In this document: positions 53,536 through 64,000 of the stretch, piece after piece
Layout of the letters: each line of letters starts with the position of its first letter
Numbering within the stretch: position 1 is the first letter of the stretch
Origin: Tubulanus polymorphus
Lineage: Eukaryota > Animalia > Nemertea
Direction of reading: 5' to 3'
Length of the DNA stretch: 64,000 nucleotides
NCBI RefSeq assembly: GCF_964204645.1
Contig: NC_134032.1
Location: 13,938,275-14,002,274 of the forward strand
Notes under the pieces: generated by a model
What the model was told of the DNA's origin: nothing
Seen by the model: only the letters and a program-made list of their open reading frames with translations
Databases searched by the model: none
Made by a program: the position numbers and the translations under genes

Positions 53536-54470
53536 TGATACTGTCCACGAGACGCAACTGATAGCGGCACTGTCCACGAGACGCAGCTGATAGCGATACT
53601 GTCCACGAGACGCAACTGATAGCGATACTGTCCACGAGACGCAACTGATAGCGATACTGTCCACGAGACGCAACTGATAGCGATACTGTCCACGAGACGC
53701 AACTGATAGCGATACTGTCCACGAGACGCAACTGATAGCGATACTGTCCACGAGATGCAACAGATAGCGATACTGTACACGAGACGCAACTGATAGCGAT
53801 ACCGTCCACGAGATGCAACAGATAGCGATACCGTCCACGAGACGCAACTGATAGCGATACTGTACACGAGATGCAACTGATAGCGATACCGTCCACGAGA
53901 CGCAACTGATAGCGATACTGTCCACGAGACGCAACTGATAGCGATACTGTCCACGAGATGCAACTGATAGCGATACTGTACACGAGATGCAACTGATAGC
54001 GATACTGTACACGAGATGCAACTGATAGCGATACCGTCCACGAGACGCAACTGATAGCGATACCGTCCACGAGACACAACTGATAGCGATACTGTCCACG
54101 AGATGCAACTGATAGCGATACTGTCCACGAGACGCAACTGATAGCGATACTGTCCACGAGATGCAACTGATAGCGATACTGTCCACGAGACGCAGCTGAT
54201 AGCGGCACTGTCCACGAGACGCAACTGATAGCGATACTGTCCACGAGACGCAACTGATAGCGATACTGTCCACGAGACGCAACTGATAGCGATACTGTCC
54301 ACGAGATGCAACTGATAGCGATACTGTACACGAGATGCAACTGATAGCGATACTGTCCACGAGATGCAACAGATAGCGATACTGTACACGAGACGCAACT
54401 GATAGCGATACTGTCCACGAGATGCAACTGATAGCGATACTGTACACGAGACGCAACTGATAGCGATATA
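53536..54470. repeat. 29-bp minisatellite, ~32 copies
   Basis: Same unit; the right flank 54470-55090 is homologous to ~2030-3040. Confidence 0.95.
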
Positions 54471-56937
54471 CAAATTGTTGTTTTCGTGAAGCAGTCAGTG
54501 TCTTCCGGTTCACATCAATAACAGCAAATTGGAGAAACAGAAAAAAAAAATAAAACAAAATATTAAAAAAGATTTGAAACACATCAAAATATCAGAAAAC
54601 GAAGAGTGACGAGGTATTTACCTTATTTGCTTTTGCTGTTTGTCCAATTGGCCATTGAGCAAGTTGACAGTTGCATGTTGACCACAGGGAGAGTTGACAG
54701 TGTTCAAGTTGATCAGTTTGAGTTGAAAGTAGCAAGTAGTTGCCGTTCCTGTTGTTGTCATCGTCATTTTTTTACAATATAGGGGATATATATATATCCT
54801 TTCAGACATCATTTTTTTCATACACAATTTTTTTCTTACATAATCATAATCTATTTTGATTATAATAATTCTTTTAATTGTAAAAATGTTTCTGTTTTTT
54901 CCCTAAACATACTTGTTAGAACTCAAGTCAATCAAAATGTTGATTGTATCAAGATTTTCATAATTGACTTTCATGAGGTCACATGAGACTTGAAGTAATG
55001 TTTTTACAGGTTCGATCCCTGAAGATACACATTATTTTTCCTATTATTTATTTATTCTTTTTAACACTTTGGATTCTTTTGAACCCAGAATTAGTTCAAC
55101 AAAAAATTATTAAATGCGAAACACAATTCGCAAAAACAAATAAACAGAAGAATATTTCTCATTTTCGATAAATATAAAAATCTTTTACAAAAACTACAAA
55201 CACTAAGGGATCATTCATTTGTTACGTACGCATAAAATTTGAATTTTTCAACCCCCCCCTCCCCCTCCGTACGCAAAATCGGCCATTCTTTCATATACAT
55301 TAAGCATTACAGTACACAATTGCACTGATCCCCCTCCCCTAATGCGTACGTAATAAATGAACGAATGACCGATAAGGTTGTTGACCATTGCATGAATGCC
55401 ACTACAGCAAGAATTAAGGCGACATTTGTCCAATAGTAACTTCTATCAATGTTTGATATGGTTAATTTTAGCTTCCTTTCACTGATTCATCAAAGATTAA
55501 CATATCGTAAGCCTACAGTTATACTTGTTATACGGCCAATATTAACAGTTGACAACTGCCAATCAACCACAAACTACTGCGTTATGAAATGAGGATTTTA
55601 CACTATAGTTTCAATGTCAGATGTATATCTTATGATTATCAGTAAAATAACAATTGAAGTAGATACTCTATTGATTAAGTAATTACCAACTTTGGAGAAA
55701 GATAATTAATATCATCATAGTTCTGAAAAGTATATTGTAATTTTGGCACTCTCTCACATGTCAGTTTTACGCTTATGTCAACTCTAGTCATCACTTATAA
55801 ATATCTAATTAACATTTTTGAGATAGTTCAAAAAGTCCAGTCGAGCTCAGTGCAGTTGAGATCAGATCAGAACAGGGCCGACCTGCGAGTCGTGAGCTCC
55901 AGATACTATAACGAAAAGGCCGACCAACGAGTCGCGAGCTTTGACATACATCAATAAATAATATTCACGTCAGATCATCGAAAATATACTACATGTAGTT
56001 AGTATTCTCCTCGTCTGGATTCGGATTTTAAGAGATGTTCGACAAAGGATCGCGTCCGATAGTAGAGCACACCTCTTTAATAGTCTCTCTACAACATACG
56101 CACGGTATCAACTGGTCGACCAGCACGAAATTACACCTTTCTGCTGATCGTGGAATTGGACGAAAACAGTTTAAATCTATTCGTTTCAACTGCATCAATC
56201 ATCGTGTACCAGATACATGTACAGAGTGTTTGCAACTGTCACCTTGGTAAAGTGGGATAACTTGTATTCAGGTTGTTCGATATACATAGTCCTGGACCAA
56301 ACGCCCACGAACTACGGGACAGCCTTACCAAGGAGCAGGATCAACCAGCAAACAAGCCAAAAGAATATGAGGTTCTGTACACCACATAAGAAGTGTTTCT
56401 AATCAAGACTTTATATCATTGTAACTGTTTATTACCCCTTTATTTATATATTTCTAAGAATTTGAATTAATGTTTACCATTATTGACGTTTATCACTTTC
56501 AAACTGCTACTGATTTAAAATGCTCGTACAGATTCTTTTGTTCCCTATTGATAGGAAGTGATGGTAGAATGGCCGAGGTGGCCAACTGCCCCAGTCGTAG
56601 TTGGTGGGCTGAGAGTAGCAGTTGACAACTGCTACAAGTACGATGAACTACGACTTGCAGCAACTGAGAAAATCAGAGAAAAAGAAGACTAAGGAATATG
56701 AGATTATAACAAACAGATTATCTCGCGCTCGCGATACTCTATCTATCAGTGGCCATAAAGAATGATTGCCATGTTTCCCACGGTGAATTTTGATCTAAGC
56801 CGAACCCGGTCTTTAATCTTTCAGAAAATGCCATGAACTGTTCCGGAAAGGATCACAAGGGTCCTCCAGGGGGCGAAGGAATCAATGGACACACCCTCCA
56901 CAGTCGCTCTATCAATAACTACAGGGACAGAATTTAT

Positions 56938-59170
56938 CACGAGCGGACGCAGTAAAGGTGGTCAAGCAAAGGGGAAGAGTAAGAGCAGATCAAATAGAGC
57001 TAGTCCACCGGGACTTGGTAATTTTATCAATAACTACAGAGACAGAATTCATCACGAGCGGACGCGGTAAAAGTTGTCAAGCAAAGGGGAAGAGTAAGAG
57101 CAGATCAACTAGAGCTAGTCCACCTGGACCTAGTCATTTTATCAATAACTACAGAGACAGAATTCATCACGAGCGGACACGGTAAAAGTTGTCAAGCAAA
57201 GGGGAAGAGTAAGAGCAGATCAATTAGAGCTAGTCCACCTGGACCTAGTCATTTTATCAATAACTACAAAGACAGAATTTAACAAAAATTTGTCATTTAT
57301 ATTTCAGGAAATCGAAACAGTATTCGAGGTCAAGATGGGGCGTCAATTAGGGCCTCGTTTCAACGCACACTTGTGCGTAAATTTAAGGACATTGTGGTAG
57401 ATTTGCCCCGGGTGTACGCCATTGTGGTAGTTCGTGGGCCGAAAGTAGCAGTTGACAACTGCTACGAGTGCGATGAACTACGACTTGCAGCAACTGAGAA
57501 AATCAGAGAAAAAGAAGACTAAGGAATATGACTAAGGAATATGAGATTATAACAAACAGATTATCTCGAGCTCGCGATACTCTATCAGTGGCCATAAAGA
57601 ATGATTGCCATGTTTCCCACGGTGAATTTTGATCTAGGCCGAACCCGATCTTTAATCTTTCAGAAAATGCCATAAACTGTTCCGGAAAGGATCACAAGGG
57701 TCCTCCAGGGGGCGAAGGAATCAATGGACACACCCTCCACAGTCGCTCTATCAATAACTACAGGGACAGAATTTATCACGAGCGGACGCAGTAAAGGTGG
57801 TCAAGCAAAGGGGAAGAGTAAGAGCAGATCAACTAGAGCTAGTCCACCTGGACCTAGTCATTTTATCAATAACTATAGAGACAGAATTCATCACGAGCGG
57901 ACGCGGTAAAAGTTGTCAAGCAAAGGGGAAGAGTAAGAGCAGATCAACTAGAGCTAGTCCACCGGGACCTAGTCATTTTATCAATAACTATAGAGACAGA
58001 ATCTATCAAAAATTTGTCATTTATATTTCAGGAAATCGAAACAGTATTCGAGGTCAAGATGGGGCGTCAATTAGGGCCTCGTTTCAACGCACACTTGTGC
58101 GTAAATTTAAGGACATTGTAGTAGATTTGCCCCGGGTGTACGCCGTTGTGGTAGTTCGTGGGCTGAAAGTAGCAGTTGACAACTGCTACGAGTGCGATGA
58201 ACTACGACTTGCAGCAACTGAGAAAATCAGAGAAAAAGAAGACTAAGGAATATGAGATTATAACAAACAGATTATCTCGTGCTCGCGATACTCTATCTAT
58301 CAGTGGCCATAAAGAATGATTGCAAAGTTTCCCACGGTGAATTTTGATCTAGGCCGAACCCGGTCTTTAATCTTTCAGAAAATGCCATGAACTGTTCCGG
58401 AAAGGATCACAAGGGTCCTCCAGGGGGTGAAGGAATCGATGAACACACCCTCCACAGTCGCTTTATCAATAACAGAGACAGAATTCATCACGAGCGGACG
58501 CAGTAAAGGTTGTCAAGCAAAGGGGAAGAGTAAAAGCAGATCAAATAGAGCTAGTCCACCTGGACCTAGTCATTTTATCAATAACTATAGAGACAGAATT
58601 CATCACGAGCGGACGCGGTAAAAGTTGTCAAGCAAAGGGGAAGAGTAAGAGCAGATCAACTAGAGCTAGTCCACCGGGACCTAGTTATTTTATCAATAAC
58701 TATAGAGACAGAATCTATCAAAAATTTGTCATTTATATTTCAGGAAATCGAAACAGTATTCGAGGTCAAGATGGGGACGTCAATTAGGGCCTCGTTCCAA
58801 CGCACACTTGTGCGAAAATTTAAGGACATAACCATTGATTTGCCGATAGCCGCGGTCGTATTTCGTGGGCCGAAAGTAGCAGTTGACAACAAGTGCAATG
58901 AACTAAGACTTGCAGCAACGTAGAAAATAAAAGAAATAGAAGACTAAAGAATATGAGAATATGAATATCAACAACAGAGACAGAATTCATCACGAGCGGA
59001 CGCGCCCAAGGTTGTCAAGCAAAGGGGAAGAGTAAGAGCAGATCAACTAGAGCTAGTCCACCTGGACCTAGTCATTTTCATTAACTACAGAGACAGAATT
59101 CATCACGAGCGGACGCGGTAAAAGTTGTCAAGCAAAGGGGAAGAGTAAGAGCAGATTAAGTAGAGCTAGT
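56938..59170 (+). pseudogene. H2A: Nine histone H2A 5' fragments (about 21 codons, ATG changed to ACG)
   Basis: Units translate to (T)SGRGK[G/S][G/C]QAKGKSKSRS[N/T]RAS, versus the invertebrate H2A tail MSGRGKGGKAKGKSKSRSSRAG. Similarity stops before GLQFPVGR. Confidence 0.8.
58744..58923 (+). pseudogene. Intron-less KH-like copy (exons 13+14 fused)
   Basis: EIETVFEVKMGTSIRASFQRTLVRKFKDITIDLP..VFRGPKVAVDN.. runs without the intron. Sister copies at ~57308-57522 and ~58032-58246 carry a 1-nt deletion (gatggggcg vs gatggggacg). Confidence 0.75.
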
Positions 59171-59323
59171 CCACCTGGACTTGGTCATTTTATCAATAAC
59201 TACAGAGACAGAATTTATCAAAAATTTGTCATTTATATTTTCAGGAAATCGAATCATAATTCGAATTAAAGGGGGGCATCAATTAGGGCCATGTTCCAAC
59301 GTACACTGAGACGTAAATTTCAG

Positions 59324-62300
59324 GAATTCGAAACAGTTTTCGAGTTGAAGTTGGGGACGTCGCTCAGGGCCTCGTTCCAGAAGACGCTAATGCGAAAAAA
59401 TCCGGTCATGTGAAAAAGATTGATTTCAAAGGAAGTGTAGCTTACCCTAGGGGGAGCCACTTTGATTACATAAATTAAACAGTCAAAGGGTTAAAATGCT
59501 CTATACATTTTGTATTCAATTCTTTACTTTCACGTTAAAATGACTTTGGATATAACGACTTATCTAACTATTTGTTAGTTTTATTATAAACCTGAGAATT
59601 CCGTCCAAAATAAAACATTTTAATAATTTCATATCGATTATAAACGAACAGATTACTGAAATTCATTGTTGTATATAACGAGCTTTCAGTGAATGACGTT
59701 TATTTCTCATCACTTTCAAACTGCTACTGATTTAAAATGCTCATACAGATTCTTTTGTTCTCTATTTACAGCAAGTGATCGTAGATTTGCCGCGGGTTCA
59801 CGCAATTGTAGTAGTTCGTGGGCCGAAAGTAGCAGTTGACAACTGCTACGAGTACGCCCACGAACTACGCGACCGACTCGTCGCGCAGGAGGTAAGAATA
59901 ATAGTGTTAATAATATCCATACTTGATTATGACAACTAAAATATGAGAGTATATTAATGTTTCTTCGGTTGTGGGGGCCATCTAATCTTACTCAGTGTGT
60001 GCAGTCCCAGCATCATCCAGCCTGCAATCCTCGGTGCGATATAGGGCACACGTTAACCCCTATTGAAGGATGTCATCATTTTTCATTTATATTTCAGGAA
60101 ATCGAAACAGTTTTCGAGTTAAAGTTGGGGACGTCGCTCAGGGCCTCGTTCCAGAAAACGCTGACAAGAAAATATCCGGTAATGTGAGAAAGATTGATTT
60201 CAAAGGAAGTGCAGCTTACCCTAGGGGGAGCCACTTTAATTACATAAATTAAACAGTCAAAGGGTTAAAATGCTCTATACATTTTGTATTCAATTCTTTA
60301 CTTTCACGTTAAAATGACTTTGGATATAACGACTTATCTAACTATTTGTTAGTTTTATTATAAACCTAGAACATGGAAATTTGAAATCATGAACTTGAAA
60401 ATGAAAAATGATTAAATCTAAATGTTGCTCGTTTATTTTATAGGTCACCAGAAAGCGACGCCGATCCGTCGACGAGGTCAGTTTGAATTCTATCGAATCG
60501 TTCTCCCGTTATTACTTTCAATCTGTCTTTTCGTCCATAGATAGGATCTCACAATCGCCAGTGGTATAAGCATTGTTCAGCAATTCAAGGGTGCTAATGT
60601 CCTTGAAAACCTGGCAATCTCATTGAATCAGAAAGATTGGGGAATTTGATAGATTTTTACCAAAATCCTGGAAAACACGGGGGATTTATAAATTCTTAAT
60701 ACTACAAAATCAAGGAAAAAAGTGGTCTACCCTCGGTCGGTCGGTCGGTCGGTCGGTCTGTGTCTGTCTGTCTGTGTCTGTCTGTCTGTGTCTGTCTTGT
60801 AGACAGGATCTTGTTGTGCTGACTTGTGGTCGTAAGTTTTATGCTTTCGACATGTTCTATGATTGTGGCGACATTAAAGGTCATTGGTTTCTGTGTGTTG
60901 GTTTTTGAATATTGAAAAAAGTCCTATTGTCCGAGCGTCGGTGGAACCACTTTCCAAGTGATGTTCACGTCTCTGCACCCACAGTTCATGGTTATTCATG
61001 AAGACTTGACGATTATTTCCTGTTTTAAGTCGTGTAGATTATTATCATTGTGGTTCAATATAGATTACGACTATCTGAAAGTTGAGATTTACCAAAGAAA
61101 TGTGTATCAAAATTCTGAATGTTGATTTCAACTTTTTTTAAAATATTTTACAGCAACCTGTAAGCCCGAAAATTCGGCGAGACGAGGTAAGTTTCAATTT
61201 CATTAAATCATTTTCGATATTGATGTTAAATATTGATAACCTTAGCCCTGTTTCATAGACTGTATATGAAATATAAAAAAAAAAACTTACTGAATTTTCT
61301 TTCTTTTATTGCAACAGAAACCAATAGCTCCAGCAGCGGCAGCGGCCATTCCGGCACGAGTAAGTTTCAATTTTATAATTAAGCGTCATTCGTTTCCCGT
61401 GTATTCCCTCGTAGATGATCCTGTCTTAACATCAACTTTAATCCATTAGCACTCAGGAATTGCACTTAACTTTATGTAAGATATTTATGCTAATGACATC
61501 AAAATCATTTTTCATATACAGATATCTATATAAACCTGTCCAGTTTTTATGTCAACTGTGTTTATTAACGTTTGTTGCTGAACATGAAATTTAAAACAAA
61601 ACTGAATTTTCTTTCTTTTATTGCAGCAGAAACCAACAACAACAGCGACAGCAGCCATTCCTGCACGAGTAAGTTTCAATTTTATAATTAAGCGTCATTC
61701 GTTTCCCGTGTATTCCCTCGTAGATGATCCTTTCTTAACATCAACTTTAATCCATTAGCACTCAGGAATTGCACTTAACTTAATGTAAGATATTTATGCT
61801 AATGACGTCAAAATCATTTTTCATATACAGATATCTATATAAACCTGTCCAGTTTTTATGTCTACTGTGTTTAACGTTTGCTGCTGAATATGAAATATAA
61901 AAAAAAAAAACTTACTGAATTTTCTTTCTTTTATTGCAACAGAAACCAACAGCAGCAGCACCGAAGGAAGTAAGTCAGCATTTTTCTGTATCATGGATTT
62001 TCTGTCGTGTTCATTTCTATCTGACAGCCAATGTATTTCATACCGGGAACAAAGTCATAAAAATTCTCCTGTTCGTTTTATTGAATAACGTTACGGAATC
62101 AAAACAATATCTATAACGAAGCATCCGTCACTTAGAACTCATTTATTACGTATATTGATACCTACGTGTGCTACTGAACATAAAATAACAAAACTAAAAT
62201 TAATTCTCTTTTTTTCTTTCATGGCATCAGTGCAAACAAATAACAACAACAACAACGAAAGAAGTAAGTTTTGGCCATGTTTTTAGTTTTCGCTCATCGC

Positions 62301-62642
62301 TGACATTACTGATATCTTTCCTCGCAGTCTTAAATCGGCTCCACTCAATTTCTCTCATGAAATGTTTTCCATGTTCGAACTACACGTGATCATGAACTTG
62401 AAAAATGATTAAATCTAAATGTTGCTCGTTTATTTTATAGGTCACCAGAAAGCGACAACGATCCGTCGATGAGGTCAGTTTGAATTCGTGTAGATTATTA
62501 TCATTGTGGTTCAATATAGATTACGACTATCTGAAAGTTGAGATTTACTAAAGAAATGTGTATCAAAATTCTGAATGTTGATTTCAACTTTTTTAAAAAT
62601 ATTTTACAGCAACCTGTAAGCCCGAAAATTCGGCGAGACGAG
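59324..62642 (+). CDS. Inverted paralogous chain of 11 phase-0 exons in shuffled order (partial paralog or pseudogene)
   Basis: Exons 59324-59404, 59772-59891, 60098-60178, 60444-60476, 61154-61186, 61318-61359, 61630-61668, 61943-61969, 62231-62263, 62441-62473, 62610-62642. All are AG/GT-bounded, stop-free and multiples of 3. No start or terminal exon found. Confidence 0.5.
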
Positions 62643-62748
62643 GTAAGTTTCAATTTCATTAAATCATTTTCGATATTGATGTTCAATATTGATAACCTTG
62701 ATAGCCCTGTTTCATCTGTATATCAATGATCAGCGTGCAGCACAAACA

Positions 62749-63502
62749 CAGGGGCGGATCTAGGCCCAAATTCAAGGGGTAGCACTCATTCAAGAGGGCA
62801 CCTGCCCGGATTTGTATTACCACGGGGAGGTGAGCACCGAAGGTCGAAGCCACCAAGGGGTTTAGAATCAGTTTAAAATTTGAAGCCCAGCTATCAGAGC
62901 ATCTGAGGCATCAAAATAGCAAAAAATACCCTTGTCTGAATTTTAGGCAATATCAAACCACTTTCAGTATTTATTGCAATTTGAATGTGCCTATTTTAGA
63001 ATGTGATAGTTATTTAGTCATTTTTGAGCCGACTATTTTTTGAGCCCTTTTCTGAATTTTTATGAACGTGCCCTTTTGGCAATACAATGTGCCTTTGGGA
63101 TTTTTTTTGGCAATTTGAACGTGCCGAGTCATTGAGTCGTGCCCTGTCAGAGCACCTCAGTACGGTAATATGATTGAATGCGCCCTCATTTTGGAGATTA
63201 ATTCTGCCCATAGCAGGATTTTTCAAACTATTTTTGGGGCCCTTTTCTGAATTTTTGGCAAATTGCCCTTTTTCGCAACATAACATGCCCTTTTTCGCTA
63301 TATAACGTGCCATTTTTTGCAATATAACGTGCCCTTTTTGGCAATAATTCAAATTCAAATTTATTTCATAGGTCCGGACGTCGGATTTTGCGGGCGCTGT
63401 AGCGGGCCGACGGTATTTTCATGAGAATCTTTTTGAAAAAGGCACTTGACAAATTCAAGGGGTCGCACGTGCAGCAGGTGCGACCCCCTGTATCCGCCCC
63501 TG
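62749..63502 (-). mobile_element. Second, inverted copy of the CAGGGGCGGAT MITE
   Basis: Reverse complement of 49379-50144; flanks do not form a TSD. Confidence 0.8.
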
Positions 63503-64000
63503 GATAGATGCCCTATATATGACTGAGCTAATAGGACAGACTTGACTGCCCTGTTTTCTGTTTTACGAGAGTATGAACAGGTATTGCAGAAAAAGTAGCT
63601 ATCCCACAAGATAAGATAAGCGTGTGTTATTACTTCTCAGCTACAAGATTTGTATCATTCTAGCCGGCCCAACGTTTTTAATCAAAGTTTTCGGCAGAAA
63701 AATGCGACGCAAACACAAAAAGGTAATGTGGATAAAGAACAGTCCTATTGAAGGGATCAATCTTAACACAGAAGGATCAATCTAACAGAAGGAATTGATC
63801 TATCGCCATAAAGAAATTCCCGCTTCCAAAGAAGTCAGTCTAACATAAACTTCCAGCGACACATAAACGACAGGTAATGTGTAGGAAAAAAAGGGGACAT
63901 CAGTCTTACCAGAGAAATCAGTTTTATTTAAGATTTTGCTTTCAATCAAAGATCAGTCTTACCAAAGGAAACACTGGAAATTGATCTCATCAAAGGAATA

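Larger units (their letters stand above)
56480..59320 (+). repeat. Higher-order tandem array (~710-830 bp) of KH-like exon copies and 115-bp H2A-tail subunits
   Basis: The anchor gttgacaac recurs at 56621, 57451, 58175 and 58882. The subunit core gagcggac occurs at 56941, 57056, 57171, 57780, 57895, 58492, 58607, 58994 and 59107. Confidence 0.9.

Noticed and set aside
56938-59170. Functional histone H2A gene cluster
   Set aside because: Start codon is ACG, only ~21 codons match, and there is no histone fold or 3' stem-loop.

Overview
AT-rich eukaryotic (animal, probably invertebrate) DNA with GT-AG introns and many repeats; no prokaryotic features. The ORF track misses the main gene. Reading splice signals on the minus strand assembles a complete 36-exon gene (ATG 44024 to stop 23274, about 670 aa). 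Exons 2-32 are all symmetric phase-0 exons, 29 of them microexons of 24-54 nt. It encodes a mostly low-complexity, NLS-rich protein with one central KH-like domain. The gene is bracketed by inverted, order-scrambled copies of its own exon+intron modules. At 14-18.7 kb these are 3' exons, partly frameshifted. At 56.5-62.7 kb they are middle exons that still chain in frame. The right cluster also holds an array in which intron-less KH copies alternate with nine copies of a captured histone H2A N-terminal-tail fragment. Other content: a Penelope-type minimal hammerhead ribozyme in an intron, a second spliced exon-module family carrying an expanding 29-bp minisatellite (1.2-6.3 kb and 53.5-55 kb), a 4.4-kb complex satellite, several MITEs and minisatellites. 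All gene models are manual and unverified by transcripts or database searches.
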